From the NCBI RefSeq assembly GCF_008831285.2, contig NC_045138.2, forward strand, positions 744,001 through 808,000: 64,000 bases of DNA, given 5' to 3'. The DNA comes from Nymphaea colorata. Taxonomy: Eukaryota. Below are positions 1 to 13,673 of the stretch, piece after piece. The translations under genes were made by a program, and so were the position numbers. The notes below the pieces were generated by a model that made no database searches, was not told where the DNA came from, and saw only the letters and a list, made by a program, of their open reading frames with translations. Positions within the stretch are counted from its first letter, which is position 1; each line of letters opens with the position of its first letter.

Positions 1-1251
1 AAGGGATACATGAACACAATTTATTGATTCTACCAATATGGACCGCCCATCTTAAATGGGGGCCTTTGTGGTGGGTCCCACAATATGTGTGGGTATTATA
101 TATATATATATATTTTTTCCTTTTTTAGGGTATGGGCAGCACTAGCCACAACAACTTCCCCTAGCTTGGCCTGTTTGACTTATCCAACATGAGGTCAGCT
201 CAGTCAGTTGAATCGCATCAGCCATTGACTGCACCCTAGATTCAATTCCAGTCAAACTTGGTTCAGTTAGTAGAGAGAGAGAGACTTTGACTATTAGAAA
301 TAACCAACTCACTGATAAGGGCCTTCCTATTTATTACAATTGAGAAAAAAATAAAGAGAAAACTATGGAAACTAACATTAGATAATAAAAATATTTATTA
401 TTTTTTTTCTTTTTGTTTTTCTCTTAACCATCTATCAAACCATCTATCAGGATGGATCAATGGGCCCTTCGAATTGAGTTGGGTGACCATTCAATTTTAT
501 ATATAAACATGTAACTATCAAACCCTCATATATCATAATATCAATGGGAATCATTTAGGATATGGTGGAAATAAACTTACAAATGTAAAATGCAAGTTAT
601 TTTTTCAAGAGTCCGAAACACCCTTTCATCAAAGTGCAAGGTTTTATCTATGCAAGGAAGGAAAAGTAACGGCTCTACAAATCGGAACTAGAAATGCACC
701 ATTAACACGCTACCACCCAACCAGCTATGCTACACCCAAACGAATGCTACCAATTCAAAATATTTTACATTAGATGCTTAAGTATCAAACTTGTTGTGAG
801 GTTTTTAGCTAAGAATTGCGTATAAGCATTAGCATGACGCAAATCAAAGTGCCAAGATATCTTGACAACATGATGGTGGAATGACTCCAAAATAGAGAAG
901 GTAAATGAAAGAACTTGTGGTTGTGGAGTCACATTGATGTGATCTCGATTTTAGCTCTACATCAAGAGAATTAATCATGCAAGGAAATTGATGACAGATC
1001 TTTTCTTCTTTGCAATGGTATGTTTATGTCACAAGCAAAACCCTACCAAGTCTATGCCGATTGAAGTTTCCCAGGCATCATTTTCTTTACTTCCTTTTCA
1101 TTTTAAGAGCCCTCGGCCATATTCTAAATCAGATTTGTTTATCGGATCCAGTTAAATTGACTTGGAATCAGATCAATAGCTGGATATATCTGATTCGTTT
1201 ACATCCTGGTGTCCATGAATGTGAAATTGCTCAAATGGACATACCTTAAAA

Positions 1252-1447
1252 CATGGGTGGAGCCAACCTAGGGTCCGATTTGGCCGTGCCCCCACCTTAT
1301 TTTTTTTTTTTTAAATTTACATGTAAATTTTAAAAAGTTTCACTTGTTCTATATAAAAATTTTAAAAAATGATATTTTCGTCATAATCAAAATTTAAAAA
1401 CTTTAATTCAATTCTTTTCATGAAAAAATTTTCTGACTCCACCCCTA
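1252..1447. mobile_element. MITE, same family as 44866-45035
   Basis: GGGTGGAGCCA...TGACTCCACCCCT inverted termini and shared internal sequence. Further partial copies at ~5840-6000, 24600-24730 and 39510-39690. Confidence 0.65.
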
Positions 1448-1862
1448 TTATCACCCCTATTACAAGACTCTTAAAACGAAGAAGAGTAGCCCTTCACTGT
1501 CTCTTTATTTTTAACATTTTGAAACATTTGTTGTATTATATATAATGTGCCTTTTTCAATATCGAAGTATAATGTGCATTTTTTAATATAGAAATATATG
1601 AATAAGTGCCCTCAAAAGAACATTTTCTCGCTCTGCCAGTAAAAGCACCGTAAGGCTCCAACCAGATCAAATCATGCATTATTTTCAACAAGTTGCGTGT
1701 CTACCTGTCAGTTCTACATGTATGTTCTTTTGAGGGCAGGTGGTAGGCATCAGTGGGTAGTCCACATAGGGAGTGTAGATCTTGCTGCCACTTCTGTGGT
1801 GTTGTCCTTTCAATCCATGTCTCCTATGGCTTACCCGCTATTATGCATCCATCGGATTTTCT

Positions 1863-1865
<3 letters not shown>

Positions 1866-1937
<72 letters not shown>
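1866..1937. repeat. (TA)n microsatellite
   Basis: Uninterrupted TA run. Confidence 0.97.
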
Positions 1938-1938
<1 letters not shown>

Positions 1939-2884
1939 CTACTATATCCTTATATGTCATACTGATGCGAATAATCTAGATTGTGTTCTTTTCATAAGTC
2001 TGAAGTATCCCTCAAAGTAAGGAGTACCATTTATTGAAATTCATTTGTTTTTCTTTCTTCTTCCTATCAGTCTTGTCCTTTAAAAGGTGTTTGAAACTCT
2101 TGAAAAAATAGTTACTTTATAAATTTCCAACTTAATGTCCATCATTGGATCTCCTTAAAATATATGACCTCTCATTGAAGCATTATATATATACATATAT
2201 ATAGAGAGAGTGAGAAAAAGAGAGAGAGAGAGAAAATTGGCATTGGCAGGCACGAGACCCATTGGTATGAGATTCATAAGGAATTATATTGGCCATTAAC
2301 TGTTCAAGTTGGGCTCATTAATGTTCTCTCAAACATTCATCTCCAAAAAATTAATAACATGGGCTTAAAAGGTCTGGTACCTACAATATATATATATAAA
2401 TAAATTTTGCTGTGATTTTTAAAAAATCAATAGCTTTATACCTTTGGACAACCCCAGTAGAGATAGAAAGATTTTTGAGAAAAATGAAAATCGAACAAAG
2501 AAAAGATCGAACATGCCCATCGGACTACTGGTTATATGTTCACATGGCCATGAAAACCATTGCAAACCTTACGGCCAAAATATATGGACACTTTGAATAG
2601 GTTTCTGATATCAACCCGGTTTTCTATCCAAGCTGCTTATATGTTCAGGCCCCCCTGACACATCACATGTGTTTAGTGTTTTATTTTTTCAGGACAGGCC
2701 CTACTCATTTTTTGTAAGTGACAAAAAAGCCCTTCGAATGAGGATAAAATGGAAAAAATCAGAAGTATTTTTTTCCATTTTATACTGGTTTATGTGCAAA
2801 ACTTGGTATCATTATAGTCAATCTTTGCCCCCATCATTTCAAAAGACCATCAGTATGTTTGATAATTCAACTTCATTGAAATAC

Positions 2885-3001
2885 GCCGAAGATTGTGGTG
2901 CACTGGGCGACAAAGCGGTCCATCTCATGAAGGCACTTGGGTTCAAATCTTGGGGTGACCATTGTCATGTCACAGTACTATTCATCATTTGTGTAAAAAA
3001 A
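2885..3001 (+). mobile_element. Short degenerate SINE
   Basis: A-box-like TGGTGCACTGG, B-box-like GGTTCAAATCT about 35 nt later, and an A-tail at ~2995. Confidence 0.45.
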
Positions 3002-3704
3002 TGTTAGATATGAGAGAGAAACCTGCACATGAAACGCTAAGGTAATGTTTCATGAATATGTCCTAACCCCAATTTTAGTGTTTTTTTTGTCTAATGCCTC
3101 TTTAACGGGAAATTATGTAAATAAATTACTAATACATAATTAAGCAATTTGCGTGGGTTAGCTTGAGCAAGTGCCGACATGATTCCGTGATTGGAATCGA
3201 AGAATTACTAGTCAATATTTCCAAAATTTCTAACTTAGCTCCCACAAAGAATTCCTGAAAGTTGAATTTGGCCCATGAGAATTATTTCTGAAGTTTCTCT
3301 GAAAAATTTCAACCCCTCATAAAAAAGTTAAGGCTCTGTCCCCGCCCTAATTGTTGAAAAGCATTTTCCGGACAGTTTTGCGTTATATGCGGCTGAAGAC
3401 TTCAAAATTCATTCCTAAAAAATAACAAAGTTTAGTGTCAAGTTCTTTTGTAGGTCTCTCTAGAGGGTGTTTGATAAGAAGAACATCGTGTTTTGAAACA
3501 GATATTTATAGAATACATCCCAAGAGAACAATGTTCTTGTTTTAAAACTTAGTGTCATTATAGATGTTGTTCTTAAAACAATAAATATATATAATCACAC
3601 TATATTTGTCGGGACAAGAACATATTATTCTTTTGACATGTCCTTTAAGAACATGGAATACAATATTCTTGTTATGTGCTCCACTAAGTCCTTGTATGCA
3701 CTTC

Positions 3705-4081
3705 TAGGGCAGTACAACGAGTCAAGCCAACTTAAGTTCGACCCAAACTTGTTTGGTTAAGCTCAGCTTGAGATCCACTTGGATATCATTTGTTAAAGGA
3801 GTGGAACTCGAGCTTAATTGAGAACTCCTGCTTACAAATGAGTCAAGTTTGATTTTCTTAAACTCGAGTAAGCTCATTTAATCTAGGGCTTTCTTTTTAA
3901 ATTTCCAAACTTGAAACCAAGGAAAGCAATAAAGTCAAATGGGGAGTTGATTCATGAGCAAACAAAGCAACCTCGAATCGCGACTCAGTCTATTGAGTCG
4001 AGCTCCAGCTGAGCAAGATATGAGTCAATTCAAGTTCAAGTCGGCTTAGATGGAGCTCGACTCGAGTTGTGTATATCCATA
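3705..4081. mobile_element. hAT-like MITE (CTCGAG/GAGCTC subterminal-repeat family)
   Basis: Starts TAGGGCAGTACAACGAG, ends CTCGAGTTGTGTATATCCATA; degenerate 8-bp TSD TGCACTTC/TGCACCAC. Related pieces at ~6000, 6945-7180, 19075-19202, 25490-25680 and 55085-55160. Confidence 0.65.
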
Positions 4082-5791
4082 TGCACCACCCACAAATTTC
4101 AGAGTGAGGCTATATTAGTAATCTGGCTTTACCATTGAAGTAAGATTCTTCAAGAAAGAAAACAAAATCATCTTATCTTAGTGTTTTCACAAAACAGGAA
4201 AATAAGAAAAAAAAAAAATTAAAAAGGTCATTGATGTGGAAGGAATTTTTTCCCATTTCACCTTGTCTGGTTATAAAAGTCCTTGCTCTAGTGGTCAATG
4301 TGGTCTCATACACAGACAAACTCAGGTGGAATAGATTTGTGGTTTCTGCTGTTGAGTGACTCCTTCTCAATACCCAAATGAAATCTTTGTACCTGTCTAT
4401 CATTTTTCCTTTTCTTTTGAGATGTCACTGGTCTCTACACACACTTGGTTTGCACAAACCAAATAAGCTTTGTATAGCTAGGAGCCGAGATACGTGGGGT
4501 CTTCGCGGGACATATGTCTCACGGAGCCCATTATAAAATCTTATTTTCAGTGATTGATTTGGGTCGAGTTGGGTCCAGTTATATGAGTCAGCTCTACGAG
4601 AGCTGATGTCCTTCTCTGCTCTGCAAACATTTGGTTTAGGCTCCAATATATGCGGGCTGGCATGGGCAGTTGCCCACACAAATTGCTTGTCTACATTACA
4701 TAGTAGTGCTTCTTAGTACTTCTCTTGTTCATGTACTGGTTCCCCTTTCGTCATTGATTGAATTAAAAGAATTATAGTGTTTCAAAAGAATTAAAGATAT
4801 TGAATTAGTGCCCTCTCCAACCAACCAAAATTTCTATCTGCGCTAGTGCCATTGGCTAAGAATTTCTAACTCCGACACCGATAGGCTCCTTTCTGTAAAT
4901 GCATCATGAAATTTGCTTGAATAGGCCGATTTGAATCAAATTGGCGGCAAGCGGACTCAAGAGAGTTGTCTTTCAAGTACTATTTTTTAAATATGTTTGT
5001 AACATATTTATTTTTATATATTTTTCATATGTTTTTTAAAATAGAATCGATGAATTTCCAGCCTTGCCAATTGTACTCATAGACCAATTTGAATAAAACT
5101 CTTTTTATAGGTCTGGTTTTAGCTAGTGTTCAACAAGTCGGGTGCCCTGGCAACATAAAATATTTTTTTAATATAATATTATATTTAGAAGTTATATTAT
5201 TATTTTTATATTTTTACGTATATTTTAATAAAATTGTGCTGGGCCTGAACTGCGGGCATGTTTTTTTCAGCTTGGTCTGATGCCCAACCCTACTTTAGGG
5301 GTAGCGTAGCGCCACCTTAGGTCCATAGGTCTGAAACATGGGTTGCACGAGCAGCATAACCTGGCTAGTCGGCTTATGGGGAACCCACATGAAACCGCCA
5401 AATCTCGAGGAAAGTGGGTTCCACTGGGTCGATTGAACCATCCGGCGCGGGCTGCACCAAATCAGAGAACCGTCTAGATTGGTCAAGAAAGGAGGAAAGG
5501 GAGCTCACGTAATCACTCAAAGTTTCACTTGTCTTTTGTTCCTTAAGCTTTCGGTGCCGGTAACTACCAAAGTGATGGGGCAGAGGAGTCAAAAAGGGCG
5601 CCTCGTTCATTTGGTTGGCAGCCCGAGTAGGGACGTTTCTCATGGGCATGGTGTGCGCCCTTCCACCCTCTGTTTCTTACCTTGTTTAATCAGTGTTCTA
5701 GCAGCAGAGAGGCGAGTCATGCACACAACTTTTGATAAGAAAAAATTGATTACTCTATGATTTCAATATACATATACCAGACCAGGTAAGG

Positions 5792-5826
<35 letters not shown>

Positions 5827-7799
5827 CACTAGGTAAGGTCTATGAGTGAAACGAAATTTTTTTTATGAGGATAGCCGAATTATAATTTCAAAATTTTGAC
5901 AGAAGTAAAAATATAATTTTCCAAAATTTTATATGTAATAAATGAAATTGTTTAAAATTTATATGTAAATTAAAAAAAATGAGAAGGGTGGGGTGGCGAA
6001 CCCAAGTCAAGCTCAAGCTTGGTCAGTTCGAGTCAAGCTCAAGTCCGGTCAGTTGTGGAGCCATGTTATAGTTGGTGCGACCGATTGAAATCAGAAAGCA
6101 AACTAATTCATCTACGCAAGAATTTTCCAGGAATGAAGCCATCTAGGCCATCCTTAGGCCCTCTTGCTTCATTTCTAAAGTACTGTACTCAGTTGCAAAG
6201 GACAGCGGCATGCTTCTTTCAACATTATCATGTATACGTAGCACTATTTAACAATTGCAGGAACATAGTGTAACGAAAGTAACTGTTTATCTATCGGAAA
6301 CATGATCCAACCCCATCTGCAATTGTTTATCCAACATATAGCATTACAGTATAAACTATAAACACGGGAATAACATCTTTCCAAGTAAATTCTGAAGACA
6401 ATGTGTTAAATAATATTGACTGTTGACAGCCTTCAATAGACCTTGCACAGGAATATTTAGATAAGGGATAATTTTGCCACATTGTTAAAGAAATATAGAC
6501 ACTAAGGTCTCAATCTCCTCTGCAAATCCTTTATCATCTGGCCAAATGCATTCGCTTAAACAATAATGCTTCTTATTGATTAAGTGTATTTCTTGGACAT
6601 GAATCATGCTTCTTCACTTTGCTGTTCTTGCACAGTATTGAAAAAAGGCCTTTATCTTAGAACAGAGACGGAATGTCTGATCTCTGAGTAGCAGACCAGA
6701 CCAGACGAGAGGCAGTGAGAAAGAAGAGGAATTCGAGAACGAGAGAGGAGAGGGGAATCAGCACTTCGACGGAGGAGAAAGAGGAGAGGAACGAGAGAAC
6801 CCTAACAACTCTCAAAAAAGTCTGCGGAAAAAAGTCCGACCACCTGAATTTTTCTGGCATTTGATGCTTTATATATGAGTGCCCCTTAAAATTTGACATT
6901 TAAACTTAGGGTGTCCCTCAGCAGAAACTTTTAGCCCTGCCACTTCGACTCATATATTGTTAGGCTCGAGCTTTAGCCAAACTGTTCAATGTCTCCTTAA
7001 GCTCGACTCAATAGGTCGAGTCCCGAATTCGAGTTCGACACGCTTAAGTTCGTCTGCAAACTCCCTATTTTGATTTGATGTATTTTCTTGGTTTTAACAT
7101 GAACTCGACTAGTTTGTAGACTTCAGTTCTTAGTTAAGCTGGAATTCAACTCGTTTAAGCTCGTTTATCAACTTGTTTGAACTGATTTTGAAGCATAGTC
7201 TTGTATGTCTGCATGTGAGATATCAACCACCACTTAACTCGATCAGATAACTTACAAATTAGTCCAGTTAAATAACATTAATGCTTTCGGATGACTAAAA
7301 TTTATATATAAAGCGTTTATATATATATTAAAATGGGAAAGATGATCCGACAACACATGTCCGACGGCAGAGGCAACATGGCACCTATATGAAAATGACA
7401 TGTACGTAATGTGCAGAGTAGAAAGAAGACGCCATGTCCAAGAGGCAACGAGCTATGATCTGTCCTGACACCACGCCCACTTGCTGACCATCTTGCTTCT
7501 ACGATACGCACCCTCTCGTGACTAAACCTTGCCCTATGGCACAGTCTCTTCTCGACCTTCGGTCTTTTAATATATATTTTGGAAGCTTTCTTCAATTAAG
7601 TACTAATTGCAAGCTCATGAGTTGTTGGCTTAAGACCTCCAAGACTTAAAATTGTTAGTCGATTCTGCATTATCCGTTTTCCAGGCAGTAGGGTTTTCAT
7701 ACTTGAACGCGCACTTACATGCATAACAAAGTAAATATTAAATGATCTTAATATATAATAAAAAAATTAAGATCAAAAGTGGTGATTTGTAAATTTTTT

Positions 7800-8282
7800 A
7801 CATCAAAAGCTAATTTCCACAAACAGCTCTGTATTGTTTTGGAAAAGATCATGGCAGTTGGTTCTGAATTTTTTCACCCTTCCAGTCATCTTTGTTGATA
7901 AATCAACCATTCATGCGCCAAAGGGGATAGGAACTAGCTTGGGTCATAAGCTGATAGGTAGTCAGTCAATCACTGATTTGATTTGAGAGACATTTTTGGG
8001 AATGAGGCCCTCTTTTCTCTTTCACTACAAAGCAACAAAATAAGAAAACACAAGCATTGTACGTGGTAAAGAGTTTTTCGCTATCAGGGAATAACCAAAG
8101 AATACAAGAAGAAACTGCGTCCTCTCTTAAACATGAGTTTAAGGGAAGCCTATTAACCATCACACTCCATCAATGGGACCTCTCCCCTTACAAGGCTAAT
8201 GAAAAAGGAAGAGCCATGTGCAAGTTGAAATGTGATGTGAGAATTAACCTAAGCAATAAAACAGTCATTTTTGAGCCAAAAT
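7800..8282. repeat. Local duplication (paralog ~10438-10935)
   Basis: Shared from AAAAGCTAATTTCCACAAACA through CACACTCCATCAATGGGACCTCTCC to TTTTGAGCCAAAA. Confidence 0.85.
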
Positions 8283-8297
8283 ACTTGAGGTTGAAGG

Positions 8298-8541
8298 TAA
8301 GGGTGTCGAGCCGGCTCAATCCGGCCCGGGCCCGACCCATTTAAAATTATAAAATAAAATTTAAATTATAAAATAAAATTTTTAAATATAAAATATATTT
8401 ATTAATAATAAATATGTATTATTAAAAAAATTAAAAAATATTTTTTAATTTAAACGGGCTAAACGGGTTAGGTCGGGCTGACCCGGGCTTAGTTTTTCCC
8501 TGCCCAAGCCCGGGCCCAATTCGGCCCGACGCCCAGCCTTA
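8298..8541. mobile_element. hAT MITE (GGCCCG subterminal-repeat family)
   Basis: Perfect 8-bp TSD GTTGAAGG (8290-8297, 8542-8549), TAAGG..CCTTA termini, AT-rich core. Confidence 0.85.
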
Positions 8542-8593
8542 GTTGAAGGGCACTAAATTAAAAAGAATTGTCATACTTTTAGAACCCGTTTTG

Positions 8594-8771
8594 CAACAGT
8601 AGCAAGCTGTTACTGTTTTCATGTATCGGCCCCCAAAATTTGAGTGGATTCATAAAACACTCTTATAATGTTTCATAAATCGCAACAGTAGCAAGCTGTT
8701 ACTGTTTTCATGTATCGGCCCCCAAAATTTGGGTGGATTCATAAAACACACTCTTATAATGTTTCATAAAT
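8594..8771. repeat. ~89-bp tandem duplication
   Basis: Two copies of CAACAGTAGCAAGCTGTTACTG...TTATAATGTTTCATAAATC. Confidence 0.9.
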
Positions 8772-9019
8772 CTCTGTCCCAAATTTTAGGGCTAGTTTTT
8801 CAACCGTAGCAAGTTGCATGTACCGGCTCCAAAAAATTTAAGCACATTCATAAAACACAATGTTATAATGTTTTATAAATGTGTTTCAATTTTTAATATA
8901 AATTAATAAAATAGTAACAACTAGTTATTGTTGCCGAATAAGCCTTTAAGGACTCCCACGATAGTTGAATACACCATTTTGAATACAAATTTTTTTTCTT
9001 TATATTACCTGCCCACAAG

Positions 9020-10380
9020 TAACATAATAAATAATCATTAATATAGTTATAAATTTCTTAAAAACAGCTGATTAAAACATTACCAATATAACCGACAATC
9101 AAACTGACCAGTTTCTTTTTCCTCTCTTATCTTTTTCTCCCATTTTCTCACTTATTTTATTGCTCCTTTTGTAAGATTCTTCTTTATCTGAAATTTGGCC
9201 GATTGAACAAATAGTACTATATAACACAAATAAAACTATATGTATTTATAGTCTTTCAAGCTTTTTATCATTATTTTATCACCCAATATTCTTTCTTTCG
9301 CTCTTCCTTTTATTTTGTGGCACAACCATTGTAAGGGAAAAAAGCAACTTAAAAATCTAGTATCAATAGGAATTAATTTTAGTAAATCATATATACGTAA
9401 TGAGTTGATCAGTCAGTTTTAATTTGGCGTCTAAATTTTTTAAACCCTTTTTGCTCTCTCACTTATTATTTTTCTCACCTTCATTCCTTTTCTATCTTTT
9501 ATTTTTACAATCATCTTCGGTATCCTAGTATTGCTGAATCTTAAGCAAAAAGAATTGAAATTTGCATGGGATTGATTATATATATCGTGAAAAGAGAGAG
9601 AGATAGTTTTTCTTTATGTTGTTCATCTTCCATTTTAATATTTACTTTGTGATTTTTTTTTTTTACCGAAAACCCTCAAGGCTGTACCTTTATAATGCAA
9701 AGGTTTTAGCTTGCTTCCAAAATTCAGCAAACTTATGTTACATCCTTCAACTCAGTGTTGTGCTCGCAACTATTTGCAGTTCAGGAGAGCACAATGATCT
9801 CGGGATTCAAACACTTGAATTTGAGTAGCCTTGCTGCTTGGTCATGCGCTATGCCTCTTTAAACATCATGTTCATCTTATCTTATGAAATTATCAAACCT
9901 TTAAAGATTTCTCGAATAATCTGATAAACTGCAAAAGGATAGATATCAGGTTCATTATTGCCAACTCTGTGTGCACTTTTTTGCTTTTTTATTTTCTACT
10001 CTTCAATCAATCAGTTCAATTTGTAAGAGAGAGAGAGAGAGAGAATCTTTAAACAGGTTAAAGTGGTGCTCCTTTCAATAAGCCTCCAAACCATGTCATT
10101 GTTTTTTTTTCAATTAATTTAAAGCTTTCAAAGGCCTGTAGCCCATTGGGTGGCAAGTTAGTCCACTTCAACGGACTTGTGTTCACATCCTGGAGTTCTT
10201 TGAATTACAATAGGTGTTGATGAAGGGTGTAAGAGAAGATAGTAGTCTCTCTTAAAAGCAGTGGAATGAACACTCACCCTTAAATTTAAACAAGAAAATA
10301 ATAAATATCTCATACTTGGACAATATCACCATCAATCCATGCATTAAACAAAAAGCATTATAACTTCAACTCTCCTCACT
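9020..10380. repeat. Duplicated block (paralog ~41275-42770) bracketing the NLR cluster
   Basis: Collinear from CATAATAAATAATCATTAATATAG to CAATCCATGCA..AAAGCATTATAA. Confidence 0.85.
10128..10305 (+). mobile_element. Degenerate SINE (paralog at ~42520-42690)
   Basis: TAGCCCATTGG A-box-like, TGTTCACATCC B-box-like, A-rich end; lies in a duplicated block. Confidence 0.4.
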
Positions 10381-13300
10381 GCCCACACCAGCCTATATGT
10401 GGCTCCGACACTGTTTTTTTTTTTTTTTTTTAAACATGAAAAGCTAATTTCCACAAACAACTCTGTGTTGTTTTGGAAAAGATTGCTTTCTGTTGGGTTT
10501 TAAATTTTGACAGACCATTCACCCTTCCAGCCATCTCATGAATTGGTAGCAACCAAAGTGCTGGGAGGTTGGCTTCTTATCTTTACCAGTCACCTTTGCC
10601 GATAAATCATCAGTCACTGATTTGATTTAAGCAACATCTTTAGCAACCACGCCCACTTTTTCTCTCTCACGACAAAGCCACAAAATACGAAGACACAAGC
10701 ATTTTGCGTGGTGGTACAGAGCTCTTCACTATCACAGAATAATCAAAGAGTACAAGAAACTGGCCCCCTCTTAAATATGGAGATTAGGGAAGCCTCTTAA
10801 CTACAGATGAGGTTCCACACTCCATCAATGGGACCTCTCCCTTACAAGGCTAATGAAAAGAAAGAGCTATGTGTAAGTGGAAATGCAGCCTGATAATTAA
10901 CATCATAAGCAATAAAGCAGTCAGTTTTGAGCCAAAAAATTTGGGCAAATTCATAAAACACAGTGTTACAATGTTTTATAAATCTGTCTTAATTTTTAGT
11001 ATAGATTAATAAAATAGTAACAAATAGTTATTATTGCTAAATAAGACCTCAAGGGCTCTGTTATAAAACTTGATCAAAAGTAAAATTTAGATTTTAAGCT
11101 GGGAGTAAACTTCAACAAAATCAAGTTTGAACCCAAACAAAATTAGGTAAATTAGATCCAATTAAGTTAAGAACGGGGGAGACACGTATCCAGCCCAAAA
11201 CCAGACCCATTGACATGCACCTATTTGCAGCCCCAGTGGTAAATGTAAGTTTTTTTTTTTTTTTCTATGTGCAATTAAAAAGGGCAAACCCATTGACATG
11301 AACCGATTTTAGGTTTCATCTCAGCCGTCCATTTTCTTTGATAGTTGGTCATGAGGTGAGGAAATTAACCACTTGTAGATTTTAAATACTGCCATGTTAA
11401 ATCAACGTTTGGCCTTTCTAAAATTTCCATCTTCTTTTCTTTTACCTTAATTTTAAAATTTGTTTCTAAGTACATATATTTTCTTTTTTTCCAATATAAG
11501 GAATTTCAACAAAAAAAATCCGTGAAAAAATTAATCTCCCAGATAATGGCGAAAATATATGTACTTAGATTATTTTGAGAAGCATTTAGGTCAGACAAAA
11601 AAAATTAATCTCCCAGATAATGGCGAAAATGAAATATGTCAACAGTTTTAAGGGCAATTTGCTTTATGTGGAATCCATGAGTAACAGCGAAAGAGGGGGA
11701 GAGAAAAGCGGTTGGATGTAAAAGAACGCCCTCATTAACAAGAGTGAATGTTGAGCAAATCTGTTTATGTTGATAAACATTTTTGTTTTTAGGTTTTGTT
11801 TGATACTCTCATATTTCAACTGAAAATTCCCAAAAATAGAAGTTTGGGGGTTAGGTTTCCTACCTTTATTGATAAAAAAAAATTTAGGGAAATATATATA
11901 GTTCAACAGATTTCAGTTAAAAAATTGATCTCTAATTCATGTCAGGTGAAATTACCCGAGGCTATCAAGTTATCCATATGAACTATAAAATAAATATTCG
12001 ACCAGATTCGGATTCGGCTTTGGACCAGATTCATTTTTAGACAAATATCCTATGTCTAATGGTGGAAATTGACAAAATTTGGTTCAAAAGTCGGATTCGG
12101 TTTTGAATATAAATATGAAATCCGGATTCAGATTGTAAATCGGATTTCAGAATCAGACTTGGTTATGATTTTTTTGTATTCGTATTTGAATCTGAATATG
12201 TGAATATCTAAAAAAACAGATATGATTAAGGGTATGTCCGACCAAAATTTGATCGGTTGGGAGATATGTCATGGCAGCGTTTGATTTGAAAATCATTTAA
12301 AGGGAATGCATGCTTTCTGTTAAAATGCAACCTTGTGAAGTGTCCATGAAAGAAGCCATTTTTTTTAAATATTTGGCCTTTCTTGGACGGAACTGAATGG
12401 CCACCTCCCCTATTTGGTGGAACCACCTTCAATGATGCCATAAATACTTATTGGAAAAACTTAGAGGATTAACTTTAAGGGGCGTTTGATGACCTTGAAT
12501 TTTAATATTAAAACTAAATTTTATAAATACAAAATTCCACCTTCAACTAGAATTGGAATGAAAATTCCAATTCTAGTTTTCCATTTGTGTTTGATAGTCT
12601 GGAATTTTGATTTTAGAATTGAAAATTATGTGTTTGATAAAACAAGATACAATTCTTGAATTGGTGTATTAAAATCATCATAGCATGTGCCCTAAAGAGA
12701 GAAGAAAAACTTCTAAAAAAATTTCTGGAATCATAATTACATCCATATGATAAAACCATAATTCTGAAAAAACAAATTAACTTTGAAGGTAGCTCAAACC
12801 ACATACCATTGTGAACAACGGCAACTTGGAATTTGATCGTATCAGCCAATTAATCGGGGCCTGCATGCGTCCATTGATGTATATAAAACAAAATAACATT
12901 TAAAATCATTTTTTAAAATGTTCTTAAAGGAAGAAGGTAGTTTTTAGTATCTGTACAGATTCAGGCCAAAGGACATTGCCTTCTACATATGGTGTCATTA
13001 TGTACCAATTATTCAGATAATTGGTAATTTTTCAGATTTTTTGGGTTTACTTCTTTACCCTTCATTTATCTAATTTTGTGAAACAAACACTTCATTAACA
13101 TTATAAGATTTGGTACAATATTATTGTTTTCCCAAAATTCAAATATATCTTGGATGTATATTGGGTTTAATCAAAAGAAGAGTAAGTACCGGTACGTACA
13201 GGAGATCCGCTTACATATCACAGTATAGAAAGGGCGTGAATGTAAATAAAAAATTATTCATGGGAGAGAGGCTGGCAAATCAAGCATGATATAATATCAT

Positions 13301-13395
13301 TCCGTGGCCTCTTAGAGACAATATTTGCCAATATTATCCTTAGGTTGAGAGCTGTGTTAATAACCTTTCAGGCTTAAATATGGATCCAAAGATTT

Positions 13396-13433
<38 letters not shown>

Positions 13434-13673
13434 AGGCTGTCCGTTCTATGATGATGGATGGTCATGAAAAATAAAAGAAGAAACATATTATGTGGATGCA
13501 TGAAAATTAAATGCTGGTTGGATCTACGAACTAATAGTCCAAATGTGTGGTGGGTGAAAGTGAAAATGGAAAACATGGCATAAAAAATTTACAAGACCTA
13601 AATCAAACAAGGGAAAGAAAGAAAAGATCCGACAAAATGAAAAAAGATTCATATTTAACCAAAAAAATTAGTG

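Noticed and set aside
1697..2020. YIYIYI-containing ORFs
   Set aside because: Translation of a (TA)n microsatellite.
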